DNA from: Phoronis australis
Lineage: Eukaryota > Animalia > Phoronida
DNA length: 64,000 nucleotides
Assembly: GCA_002633005.1 (NCBI GenBank)
Contig: NMRA01000471.1
Span: 182,386-246,385, forward strand
Direction of reading: 5' to 3'
Position numbers and translations under genes: made by a program. Positions 51,101-64,000 of this stretch are shown piece after piece; the first letter of the stretch is position 1, and the number at the start of each line of letters is the position of its first letter. Under the pieces are notes generated by a model. That model worked only from the letters and a program-made list of their open reading frames with translations, was not told the DNA's origin and searched no databases.

Positions 51101-54100
51101 AAAAGATTGGTCGCACTTTTCATGACTCACAACCCTATTCATATGTCATACTATCACATTTTACAATGAATTCCTGTAAACAGCCCCCAAACGCATACCC
51201 ATGGCCTTATACTAAGAAGTTTTCTAACATAAGTATCTAAATTTTCTGAGGTTTGTAGGAAATAAACAGTGTCAGCAAGTGTAAAGAACAAGGCATTGCA
51301 AGACACAGGAAAAAGTTGATTTCAGCACATTGTGGCTTATTTGCAAAAAATAAACTAAGGTATCATTAGTGTACCGCTAAATCTCTTAATTACAACTACT
51401 GGTGTTCACTACATACTGAGGGCACATTTCCCATTTATAGGCAACCTGTTTGCGAAAAAAATCCTGGACTTATATTTGCGTTACTAGAAAGGAGAAAATA
51501 TACAATTTTCTGAAAATAGCCCCCTAGGTGATAATTTCACAAATTGGTGAGAAAAGTTGATACACATGATTCAATCAGATAAAGCAATATTCAGATGTCT
51601 CATTGAACAGACAGCAGACACTGACTGTAAGTCACAGGCCAACTCATCAGGGGGCACTACACACTGATTGTTAATCACATTTCCACTCACCAGGGGGCAG
51701 TACACACTGATTGTTAGTCACAGGTCCACTAACCAGGGGGCAATACACACTGATTGTTAGTCACAGGTCCACTCGTGCAACAACCTTCAAGTAATACTGT
51801 CAAAAACCTCATTACTTTGTTCAATTCACAAACAGTATACCCTGATCGTTAGTTACAGGTCCACTCACCAGGGGGCTGCTCAGAGTACACAGGGTCATTA
51901 TCTGGAACAGACTCAAACTTGAGGTTGAGTACAGACGCCAGGTCTTTGAGCCACACAGCTGGACTATCAGGGAAGGTAGTCTGATCTTTGGTCAAGATCG
52001 TCTCCAGCTCACCAGCCTGTATCTGGGATAAATCAGAGTCAAATACAGAACAACAGGAAAATATCTTTAGTACATCAAATGATGAAATGGTGAAGACTTT
52101 GAATTCACATTTTAACATCAAAGTGACTGTGCTTGAAGATACAATACAAGCCACAAGTATTCAGACAAAATGACCTGGAGTTGCCTGTTCTGACAGCAGG
52201 GCGTAAGCTCAATTCAACATGAGAGCAACATTTCCTCACAACCAACAATTCAAGGGAGTGAACAGGATCGTTAATAAGGTAACTAAGCTATTTTGTAATT
52301 AGAATTTTGCCGCCACAATAGTGGTTATTATTAGTCATTTCTGTCGATACCAGAGTTAACTGTCATGATGCGTAAACACTATGTTGTCTGATTCCTTTTG
52401 TCCCATACTATACATCCTGTCATACAACAGTCTGATTCCTTTTGTCCCATACTATACATCCTGTCATACAACAGTCTGATTCCTTTTGTCCCATACTATA
52501 CATCCTGTCATTCAACAGTCTGATTCCTTTTGTCCCATACTATACATCCTGTCATTCAACAGTCTGATTCCTTTTGTCCCATACTATACATCCTGTCATA
52601 CAACAGTCTGATTCCTTTTGTCCCATACTATACATCCTGTCATTCAACAGTCTGATTCCTTTTGTCCCATACTATACATCCTGTCATACAACAGTCTGAT
52701 TCCTTTTGTCCCATACTATACATCCTGTCATACAACAGTCTGATTCCTTTTGTNTTTTACCGCCACAATAGTGGTTATAATTAGTCATTTTTGTCGATAC
52801 CAGAGCTATACGTCATGATGCGGAAACACTATGTTGTCTGATTGTCCCATACTATACATCCTGTCATACAACAATGACTGGAAGTGGAAACCATTACATG
52901 CAACAATACATTGCTATCAAATCATGACATAATAACAACTTCATCTCGGACAAGTCGCTTCATTAGTGAGTCAATCTGCCAGTTTTCCAGTTGACTGAAT
53001 TCATCAAAATGTGTATGGATTTCATGTCATGGAAGTAAGTTATTCATGCGAAAACTGGACGATCACTTCGCCTCACACTTTGACAGGACCAGAGTTAGTC
53101 ACCTGTTGCCAGGCAACAAAACAAGTTGCTGACACAACACAGAACACAGATACTGTACATACCAATGCAAATGCATCGTCCAAAGATTGCGAAGTCGGTT
53201 TCTCCGACTGCTTCTTGCGCTTGTTACTGGACTGAGGAGACTTCTTCACATCACCTCCGCTGGCCACCTGTTTGACACGAGACTGCTGAACCTGTTGTGA
53301 TCGCTCTTCCTTCTCAACAAAAGCAGAATAAATTGTGGGATCTTCTTTCACCGGATCTGTAACCATCACATAAAAGTTCAGCATTATCTAGCAATATAAT
53401 CAGGCTGGAAAGACAGTTTTCTACACAAAAGTGGTACACAGGTGTGCCTCTTAATCTAAGAGATATTGTTCAAATCCAGCCATATGGTTGGCCCCTTGAG
53501 CCACAACTCAGAGTTTCTCGTAGTTAACAGACCTGGCAACCTTTCCGATTCAGTCAGGAAGATCTTAGTTAATCAGCATTTTTCAGAATTCCCCAGCTTA
53601 CAAAATCCAGTCAAATCCTTCTGATTCTTTCAAAAAACCCACCGTCTTATTGTGAAACACAATCTTCGTACCATCAACAAACTGAATGTCACTGTAGATA
53701 ATGTGCTCGAGGTCAAATGGAGCTATACAGAGGTTCATGGGGAGGTCACCAGTCTTGGCAGCCATGCTGAAAGGAGGCATGACTGACTAGTTCGAGAGTA
53801 GTGTTGTGAATTTCTAGTTCAGTGTACAGTATAACATGCAATCAAATAAAGACCTTTCTAAATCTCTCGCAAATGGCAATTGCTCTTTGGATGCTCGACT
53901 TGCCCACCTATGTTTCCTCCACCAGCAGAGTAGATCTAGGTCTCACGTTTCTACTGCTACCTTTTGGCATAGTTGGCAGACGTTGACCTCCCCATAACTG
54001 TCTTTAGGTTTCTGTTTGACCTTGAGCACATTGACTTTAATGCCGTTCAGTCTTCAATTTTGATGATGCAACGAAGGACTATTAAAAAAGTTGATTGTGG

Positions 54101-57100
54101 AAGTATACGATCGAGTTGGAAGGATTTTGAAGACATTGTTGCAACAGTGCTTCCATTGAATCACATGTGCCTCAGCCACTCACTAACAGGCAATTGCTTA
54201 TTAGTGGAATGGTTAGCACACTTGCCGGTGTTATCGGGGTCCCTGTTTTGATTACCGGGTCAGGTGATCTCAGCAATTACTACAATTGACGTAGTTGTCA
54301 AATGAATGATCTTCGTAACTACAAATGAAGCACTGCTAATCAGACGACGATAAAAATTCCAGTAGTTGAGAGACAACCTTGCGTTCACCTGTATTACGGT
54401 GATAAAGATACCAAGGGAAGTTCATGACCTGCAAGCGAGATGATGGTGTTCACCATCCTGGTGCCACACCTGTTCCATAGGAAAGGGGAGAATGTTGAAA
54501 ACAGGCTTCCGGTGAATCATTAGTCTCAGGTAAACACTCACTAATGGGCTCTTATCTGAATAATTAACACACTTGCCAGTTTTATCAGGGTCGCTGGTTA
54601 TGTTGTGTCAATTGACTTCAGGTGTGACCTTGAGCTTCTCTCAAGTGGAAAATTGCTTTTTGGCTGAAAAGTTGGGACACTCGCTTCTCACGTGAGAAAC
54701 CCCAGTTAAAAATCTCGGCGTCCCAAGATTTTTCAACATTGACACAAAATAACCAGACGGAATGACGGCACCCCTTTGGGACAGTCTGGAGCCAGGCTCC
54801 ATCAACTGCAGTGAAAACCCAGACCACAGATATGGTCAACCTGAGGCGGCAGGTGGCACACTTGATCCAATGCAAGAAAAGGAGTGTTCTGACATGCGAC
54901 CTCTGGGTGTGATGTAGAATTTTATTAAACTTCTCTAAATGGCTTGCCAAGCAGCAATTGCTTCTTGGTTAAGCTGTTTGGATGCTCAGTGTCAGCAAAT
55001 TTTTCAACACTTGCCTGGATTTCCAGGTTGGCTAGGTGATTTCAGGAATTATTACTGCCAATGGAAGTTAAACTGCCTCCAAAGGTGTTCAACTAAATTC
55101 GAAATAAAAGTTCAGAATATGACAGCATTGACCTACTCACATGATTTTGTGTCGTGCAATTCCTCGCATTGCTATCTTTCCAAAAATACAGGAAAATGTC
55201 CCCTCAGCATTTTTTTATCAAATTTCTGCTCGCACTAATTCCCGGTAGTGATATTGCAATGTTGAATGGAAGGAGTCATCTGGCGACCAAAAACTGAATT
55301 AATCTACCGACACCCAGGTTCTGCAGAGCGTCGCTCTTCATAATTTCAAACTGACCAAGATCCGTTGACCCTAGGCCGGAAGCAATGGCCCCATGGGTTC
55401 GAATTATTTCCTATGGTGACCCTGGTACGCATTTTCTACCAAGAATCTACAAAAAATGGGACTGTTTTCGAAGTCCAAATTCATGAAAAAGGTATTACAT
55501 CAGAGAATTTCTTGGAAAAGGGGTTAAATGGTCATAATTCTAAAAATCTTTGGAAAAGGGTGAAATGCTGCCCGTTGTTGCACCATGGTATCTAAGGAAA
55601 ATGTTACAGGAAATCTAGCCCCTCGGTTGGCCGATTATGGGCTACAATACTTCCCATCGCTTTCTGTACGCATTTTGTTCCATGCATTTTAAATGGGCGC
55701 TAGGCCAAATCCGGCCACTGACTTTGAGTTTTCACCTCGTCAAAAAATACATTCTACACTTAAAACTATCACTTAAAAAAGCGCTTACTTTCTTCGTTGG
55801 TCCTTTCTACTTCTATTATACATATCTTTGCTGAAGCTTAGTTGTGAGAATTAAGGTGACTTTGGCGAAGAATTACAACTCCACTTTTTTGGTTGCCGTT
55901 AACTTTTTCACCACGAGCACGATAACAAAAAGTATTTCAACTGAGTCACGTGAGTTAGGCAAACGCTAGCGCAAGACTGAGCGAAGCGCTTGACACTGGC
56001 GCGTGACACTCGCAAAATAGCATGGGAAGGTATCAGGTGAAATTTGTAAGATTTGTGTCCCTTGGACTTTTTATTATTCAACATGCATGATTTCACGTAA
56101 CTTCCTCAAAATGGCACCCAGTAAGAGAAACTCTAGCAAACCGCGACAGATTTTCATTGATTTGTTCAAGTTATCTTGACTGAATTGTCTCCCGACTGAT
56201 GGTATGAGTTGTTTATAACTACATGTGCATATATGCATGTTTCATTTGATTTTATTTCCTGTATTTTGAAACTAGTAACTTTTTGTGGGGATGAACCTTT
56301 GCCCCTGTATGCCTGCGGCATCCAGGACAATGTAATTGCCTATGGAGAATCTTTCAGGCAAACACCACGCAGGATTAATGATGCTGTTTCGTTCATTAGC
56401 AATAGGTGTCGCTGTATTGTAATCTTGAGTAGACAGAGACCACAGTCTCTACTGGCTCCGCAGTAGAGACTGTGAAATTCCTATAGGTGCTTCATACGCC
56501 GGAAGATTTTCGGCAAATTATGCCCCACACTGACTAAAGCATCAATGCTACGTTGTTATAAATACCTTTTGTGCATAGAGGGACACCTTAGGATGCCGTT
56601 GATGTATTTAATTCCTTCCAACTAAAACAAATACTCTCGTTATCAAACTTTTTCTTCGAGCAGTCCCTCGTTCAATTGCCAAAATCGGTAACTCACCATT
56701 TTAACACACCGCGCACCAGGGGATATGACATTTTGGAATGAGAAAGGTGCAGACGGAATCAAAATCATGTGTTTAGATCAGTGTTCATATTGTAAACAAT
56801 TGTACATTTAACATATAGTAAAGAAACTGGCACAAGTCGGATATGAATTATTAAGACCCTGACTTAGAGAACTACCGTTATTTAGTGGATGAAACTGGTT
56901 CTCTAAATCAGAGTCCATTATATCCGACTAGTGCCACGAAACGTCGAAATTTTTATCTGATTTTAGCGTAATTTTCAGAAAATACCCGGCGTAATAGGCT
57001 TAATAAGAATTTAAGATGCAAAGTTGACTTTTCCAGTTCAACACCACAGACATGAAAGTCATGAAACTACTAGGCTACATCACAGTTCTTTCTGCGCAGT

Positions 57101-57250
57101 GTAAACCTTACCCGCTTTTTCGATTCTAGGCATAGAATCTTGAAAATTTTTCTTCTGATTTTTTGTCAAAGATTGACCGTTACTTTTAGACTTTTTGCTG
57201 TGTTTTCCAACTGTTTCCCAGTGGTGAACAACCCCGGTACGGCTCGCCAT
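42110..57250 (-). CDS. TMEM214: Transmembrane protein 214, 15 exons, ~680 aa
   Basis: Exons 57250-57112, 53356-53163, 52022-51869, 50968-50754, 50062-49957, 49641-49560, 48499-48358, 47963-47862, 47499-47408, 47148-46983, 46137-46020, 45647-45551, 44059-43891, 42979-42834, 42230-42110 (last one tentative); total 2043 nt in frame. Motifs WETVGK, FPDSPAVWLKDLASVLN, CLSIMWAMGQCG, LYPKLK, FFPSFL, GFPW plus TM helix. Confidence 0.9.
44560..45350 (+). mobile_element. 5'-truncated L2/CR1-group LINE in a TMEM214 intron; 3' UTR appears twice around the N at 45061
   Basis: TETGKRSFIYGAAIIWNSF..FKVNIKKWL*, then UTR, stem-loop tail and (aat)n. Confidence 0.7.
46735..47020. repeat. ~61-bp minisatellite overlapping a TMEM214 exon end and donor
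   Basis: Units repeat ctgcacccctcatt..gacccc..caactc..tgacatga. Confidence 0.85.
49143..49256. repeat. 38-bp tandem repeat, 3 copies
   Basis: aaggtaagtgacttcactagtaaaatatgcttaaaat(t/c). Confidence 0.9.
51618..51880. repeat. ~43-bp minisatellite overlapping a TMEM214 exon end and donor
   Basis: cacactgattgttagtcacaggtccact(c/a)accagggggc units. Confidence 0.8.
52386..52753. repeat. 44-bp minisatellite, at least 8 copies, ending at the N at 52754
   Basis: gtctgattccttttgtcccatactatacatcctgtcat(a/t)caaca. Confidence 0.95.
54198..54270 (+). mobile_element. Degenerate tRNA-derived SINE head
   Basis: A-box-like tagtggaatggttagc and B-box-like gttttgattacc; another B box (ggttcgattcc) near 49466. 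Confidence 0.35.
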
Positions 57251-60142
57251 TGTGGTGAAATGTGTCACATGAAACACAGGATAGCATTGTTGCGTCAGTT
57301 TTACGTTGTAACTTAAAAGTTGTCTTGCACTTTCACAAAATTAGCTATTGTGGCTATCAAAAAAACTTAAAAATACTTGCAATTCCTGAAAGTAATAGAT
57401 AATTTGTTTTGAGATAGTTAATTGTAAAATACTTATGATTATTTTGAAGTTTGTCTGTTTAATCGATAATTTCCACTAATAAAAGCAGAGAAATATTTCT
57501 GCTAGCACAGGCAACAAAAAATTTAAATTACAAACCAATTTTCTAAATTGAGTGGATTTCTTGGGTTTGTATGAATTTATATGAGTGTAAACTATCAGTT
57601 TCTCATACATGTGAGGAACGAAGTATTTTAATTCTACGTTCTCGGCACCTGATCTGAAATAAATATATACCCGTTGCCTGTTCATCATTGGAAATAAAAT
57701 GGAATGACAGTAGCCAGTGACCAGGAGAAGGTGAAACTGAAATTTTATCCCCGTTTGTTGTTGTGAAGGTAAGATTCATAGATTCATTAACATATCTATT
57801 ACCTGCAGTTCACTGCGTTCACTATCGTGTCATATTTTGTAAAAATTATTGGTTTTGTGAAATCTGACTCACTGCGGATTCGATTATTGCTTGTTTGATG
57901 AGCATGTTCATTACAATACAGTTGGGAAGACTTGTTTGATCGTCAGTCTCAACGACCATTCATTTTTAAGATTCTGTGTAATCCGATGTGAGATCTCATT
58001 TAATCAGTACGGAATATGGCTCAGTTATTTTAGCTTACCAAACCACAGACTACAGTACATGGACTGCCAACGCCAACTCCCCTTTTGTGTACTACTACTA
58101 GTACTAGGCCTATTCTCAATGGACGAAATCTGTGGTCATCCGCACAAGCCTTGATGTCACTATTCAGTAGCGGTGTCTAGTGTGTTACCTGGCGTGCGCT
58201 CATTAATGCTAGGACCTACACTAGGACCTAGCTAAAATTTAGCCAACGTAACGTGATCTCATTTAAAATACACGGCAATATCTCACGTAATTTCGCGAAG
58301 TCTTGCTTTTTAGCGAGGTCCTATCATTAGTTACTGAACGGGAAGCAGGTCTTACTTCTGCCAGTACGTCGTCTGCTAATCATGGTCATTTCGTTACGAT
58401 TTATATCGGGGAAATTGGCGGCATAAATAAGCAAATGTTCTGCTTCAACAGACTGGCCGAAATAAAAATGAGATACACAATATTGCTATAAACCACACGT
58501 GCATATTGACAACCATTTTACGCCAGAGCCAATCAGATAACCGAGGATAGCTTTTTAAGAACGGGCTTTCAATTTTTATGTAGTTCTGCTGACACTGCTA
58601 CAGAATAAATTATTTTCAAGATTTTATCGTGTTATAATTAATTTAATTTTAGGCTCAAATCAATGAAATCATTTTATCTAAGTGTATTCAACGCAGTTAT
58701 TACATTGTCAAAAACAAAAAGTGTTCACCCCTTTCTTAAAAAATGGGTTGAGATAGCAACGAATGAAGAGAGCTTGTGCAATTTTGCATCAGTTGCCAAG
58801 TGGGTTTTTGTTAGGAAAGATCATGAAGAGCCTTAGTCCAGTGATAGCAACACAAAATCGTTCGAAGGTGATGACTTTCAAAATTTAATTTGTTGTGTTG
58901 GCTGTCCTTTTTTACAGTTTACTATTACTTGTGTATCCAGCAACAAGAACTGAACAAATCAGCTCATTGACACAAAACTTGTTGGGGTTTCTGGTTTTCA
59001 GTGTATTGTCACTCCAAAGTTATGGCCAGCTGCCAGCGATAACTATCTGTTGGAAGGATATACCCGTGAGATGGTTCTAGGCTTTGATATGAACTGTTAT
59101 CGAATAGTCGTGATCATGTTTCGAGCCAGTCAGGAAGCATGGGTATCGGAACCACAAACTACGGAATCTTGTTTAAATCCGGATTTTTTTTACACGATTG
59201 TATTCTGCCGTGTACTGTATTAATTGTCGCCGTCTATCTAACTCTTCAAATGCAAACAAAAGAACTGAAGTGACACATTGCTTCCAGTTGAAATAAGATA
59301 GTGCAGCCATGTTTCATTTTAGACTTACGTTTTACGTTTAAAGATATTTTGATCATTATAATTCCTACATTGTTGTGCTAAGTATGAATAACTACATTGT
59401 CTTGTGGTATGTAAGAATGTTAAAACATCCCGCATCTTCATTCGTGGTTCGTAATAACTTGATGTTAACTGGTTTGTCTGCGTCTTGAATGATGGTGCAC
59501 ATAAGCAGTCATAGGGATTGACAAGACAAGACCATATCTCTTGAAGCTTTTTTCCTGCTATGAAAAAGCATATTAATGTCTCTGTGAAATCCAACTTAAC
59601 TGTCGATCCCCAGCTTTGGCTTCCAGCCATCTGTAAACTAGAGAGGGCGCTGACTGCAGATATGATAAACTAGAGAGGGCACTGATTGCAGATGACGTCA
59701 ATGAAGGCATCTTAGTTTCCCAGTTTCATGTGATTGCAGTGTATAGGCCAAATATGTGAGCTGTTTCAATTTGCCACTGTGTGGTGTGACCGTCTAACAG
59801 TACTCAGTTCAGGTCGGAGTGTACTTTTTATGTAAGTGTTAGTTGATTTTCCCATATTTATCTTTTAAAACAAATAAGGATTGAACTTTTCCCCAAAATG
59901 TTGTTGATAGTTCATTTGTTCATACTCCACCTACTTGATTGCTTAAATTTGTGGCAAAATTTGTCCGTAATTTTATTGTGTTTGAGTTAATGACACTGTG
60001 GTACCTTGTTATCAAATTCATACATATCCCAATTCTAAGACGTGCCTGTCGAAGTAAATTTAAAGCTTTCATTTTTCACAAAAAACACGGTCAATTCCTT
60101 TTCTTGTAGTTTGAGTCATGACATATATTGATATTGTAATAG

Positions 60143-60247
<105 letters not shown>

Positions 60248-63200
60248 TGAGTACTGATCAACATGGTCTCTGTGAAAGCTTGTACTCACGAGTACCTTAC
60301 CTCTGGTAAACGTTTCCATGGTAACTGATGGATTGTGATGCCCCTAATTTTTGCTTAATATCCAGTATAGAATTACGATAGTTTACTATTACTAGTACAT
60401 AGTGACACCTGGGACAATCACTGTACGTATATAGCATGTGCGCACCCAGACTAAAATATAGGGGGGGGCTCGACTTTCTCGGTATGAGGACTTTTTAGTG
60501 AACAAAATCAACCAGAACTAAAAAAATGTGGCCACTCTGTTCACACCTATGAATTGTCCATCTGCAGCAATTTCCTGAGTGTGTCCTTTATGGACTTTTG
60601 GGTTGTTTACTCAGACTATTTTCGCAGAGGCAGACCTTTTTGCCCAATTTGCCAACTTGGGGGGCTAATTCTCGCTCAATTACACACGCTCAGTTTGCTG
60701 TAGTCGGGTTTTAAATGCACGGCTTGCTCTGGTGCGACTGTTGAAAATAATACAACTGTATCTTGTGAATACACAGCTACTTGGTGCATCACCGGTATCT
60801 GTTACAACTGTGTCATGTGAATACAGAGCCACTTGGCACATCACCGGTATCCGTTTTCATGACAATTCTTTCGTCAGTGTTGTGACCACTTTTGTCAGAC
60901 AACTTTATTTGTTCACTTTAAAAAGCTCTGCGCACTGAAGTTTCTTCTAAAAATTTGACGTGTCCTCCATTTTTAAACTGATAAACACTTGTTCCATCGA
61001 GACTGTTGGCAAAATGGTTTACGTGCGCATCGGACATCACGTAAGTTGTCATGAATAACCAAAACATGTGCTAATGCACAAATAGTAACATATTTATTTT
61101 TCTCAAAACTTCAAAAAATAAAAATCCTAGGATTTGTTGTCAAGGTCTCAAGTTATCCTAGAACAGCATTATATTTGGCATACTTAAGAACATCTAAGAA
61201 ATAACTGATGGAATTTAATTGACTTTCGAATACCTCGTTTCATTCAATATAATTGTCTAATATGCTTTCTTCTTTTAGAAAATATGTAGTTTTATTGAGT
61301 TCAAACCAGTTGTAGCTGTATGACTATTCGTCTTGTGCACAGACTTGATGAATTCAGTCCATGTCTTTAAAGGAACATGACAGAAACGTTGATTGTCAGA
61401 ACATGTAAAGTGGTATTCAGAGAACCACTTAAAGGCCCTTGCCTTTAGTATTGTGTCATTCTTTATTGAGCTATAACTATGCTTTCATGTGTTAATGGCT
61501 GTGTGCACGCTTACCATTACCAATGTTATGGAGGCAGATTTATAGTTACTGGCTGACAAGGTACGTGATCAGAGCTGAATCTGGACTAGGAGTTGTTAGA
61601 TTAAACACTTATCTAATTGGCGATAGTACTGAGTGTTCGTTGCACGGTAAAACACATAAACTCAACATCACTATATTGGTTCCGCATCTTCGAACATGTG
61701 TTTGTTCATTCTCGAGGTCAAAGCTAAAATGATAAAAGCACAAAACAACGCGGTGTATGAAAAAGTTGCAAAGTATACTTTATACTACATTATTCTAATC
61801 ACAGTTAGTGGTGTCCACTTTCCAACAATTCACCCAATCAGCATGTGACTGATTGTTGTGTGCTCTTCTACACTTGTATTAGCACATGTTGTCATCATCT
61901 CTGTCAGAGCATCTGGTGTCTACAACTGTTTTTCTTAAATCCCTCACTGGATCTCCAAGAAATTTGACAGTTATATTTCTGTGAACATGACGATGGTTGT
62001 GGATGCCTTTTTGGACAAATTTGACTACTGCTGCGCAACCGAGGACAATTTTATTTTTTTGTATTTACGATCTGCCTAGTCCCTTATAATTGTCCATCTT
62101 GTGTTCTGCATTGTTTGTTGACAAGAAAAACTCATACTGGCCTGTAGTATGTGTTATCATTCCAAAAATAACTTGACCTTGGATGACCTTAGGTGCTTTT
62201 TGGATGCCAATGCGGTTGCCTAGTGTGAACATTATTCATAAATGTCTGGCCCCTGCTCCTGTTGACCCACATACACAGGTTGCTCTTCTCTTGTAAGTTT
62301 GTACAAGATTTTATGTTCTTTAAAGGTGGAATACAATAAGCAAAAAGACGGATATTATGCTGTGGTTGAATAATCAACTAGTGGTTAGCAGAAAATCTTT
62401 ACAAATTTCTAGAAAGCCTTTTGATAAAAGAAATGGAGAAAACGCTGTTAGTTTGGAATCAAGAAAGTTAAAAATAGTAACACCCAGAACGGCCAGAAAT
62501 ATGATCCAGAAAAGTTAAACACTTTGATAAGCTAGAAAACGTGATCCATAAAAGTTGGTTTTCTACATGCTATGATTGGTAAATAAGAGAAGTGCGCCTT
62601 TACAAAAACTCAATGTGCTAAGAACCATACTTTTGGCCATCACTTGCAGAGGACAACACACTTGGCTGCATCAAAAGCATGCTATCACTAATCCCAGCAA
62701 TAACTTGAAAATTATGCTGGTACTTCCCTTTTCTGCAAGTACACATTGTTATCATAGTTTAGGATCCATTTGTCCATACCAGTAATAATGTTTGCTGCCT
62801 GCATAATTGTAGCAAACACATAGTTGAGCATTTGGACTGGTATCCTTTGGGTGGACTGGTATTCACTGGGTGGACTGGTATGCACTGAGTTGACTGGTAT
62901 CTAATGGGTGGACTCCAGAAATTAATTGTCATGTTGAAATTCCCCACAAACTTGTTGCAACTCTTAAAAGGTTACTAAACCCTGTTTTGATGATGTCAAC
63001 CCATCCTCATTCTGTCTCCTGCTAATGCGTCATCATCGTTCCAAGTTAAAGGCAGGAATCAACTAACAACTTACTCTCTATGACACAGGTTGGACATTAT
63101 AGTACTGGGTAGGTGATCCTTTCATCACAGTAGCGGTGTATTTCCCTAAAAGTGTTTGTCACGCTTGCCATTTAGCAAACTTTGAGTTTTCAAATTTTCC

Positions 63201-64000
63201 TTCCAACTTTTGTGGGTTGTTGATGGTTGCAGAGGATATTTTGTTTTAGAGATTCTGAACTGTATGGGGAGAGTCGTCTGTAGTATCTGTTAATAGTCAC
63301 AACTGAGTGTCCAGCTTGTGATTATATGAACTACTTGTGCACTGTATACCAATACAGGGCCATTCACTGTGTAGGCTTATGTAGTAAAAGTGTGCAAATT
63401 TATGTATATGCAAATCACTTTGACATGACCTGCCCGCAATAGTGATTCATATAGGTATCCCAAAATGATGCAATTTCTCAACCAGGCAGTTTAACCTGCT
63501 CAATTGTTGCCATGTGTCATGCCATTGATGTGTGACTGATGACTATGTTACATTTTGGCATGTTAGTTATAATCTCTTAGTGGTACTACCATAGTTTTAG
63601 CCAATCTTAGTGCAACTATAGTCAGGTTTTGTTTCCAAGTCAATTCTTAAATTCACATTTTGCCCCTTAATTGCTAATTCCCAGCCTGCAAATGCTCAGT
63701 TGCATCTCTCTGTAACCAAGTGGTTTAGAATAAGATAGATGTTATCTGCAAGCCACATCAATGTATCTGTTAACTGTCCACTTACTGGTGACTATTAACA
63801 ACACAGTTCATAAACATTGACCAAGTGAATTACATCCCCTTTAGTATTGATTAGTTTTAGACTGTCTACTGGTTTCATACAAGGCCTGCAACTGTAGTCA
63901 TTTAAACACTGGGTCCAAACTGCTCTTGAAATCACATTAGGCATCTGACTGTGTTAATTTTTCTTAGTTCTGTCAAAACTAAATGTTGAAATGATTAACC

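Noticed and set aside
60300-64000. Short ORFs in the ORF track
   Set aside because: No recognisable motifs; most consistent with FAM135 intron sequence.

Overview
Intron-rich invertebrate animal DNA (probably a lophotrochozoan; taxon not determinable here) in two contrasting parts. Bases ~1-25,100 are a dense patchwork of transposon remnants: Ginger-type integrase with Ulp1 and PHD domains, a near-intact piggyBac with one premature stop, Harbinger, P-element, Gypsy gag and RT, LINE tails, and P2X7-ballast/KolX-like, BRCT-like and SGNH-hydrolase pieces. Almost all are coded on the + strand, so they are antisense to any transcript running off the 3' end of the neighbouring minus-strand PIGA gene, an arrangement resembling a uni-strand piRNA cluster. 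Bases ~25,600-64,000 carry four spliced housekeeping genes in two head-to-head pairs: PIGA (-; middle exons absent at a gap beside a 4.8-kb 22-bp satellite), ANKRD49 (+; complete), TMEM214 (-; 15 exons) and the first coding exon of FAM135 (+). Other oddities: a histone-type 3' stem-loop just after a non-histone SGNH ORF, a tandemly amplified piggyBac left end, and minisatellites copying splice donors. Gene models were built by hand from GT/AG and phase consistency; family calls come from remembered motifs, not database searches.
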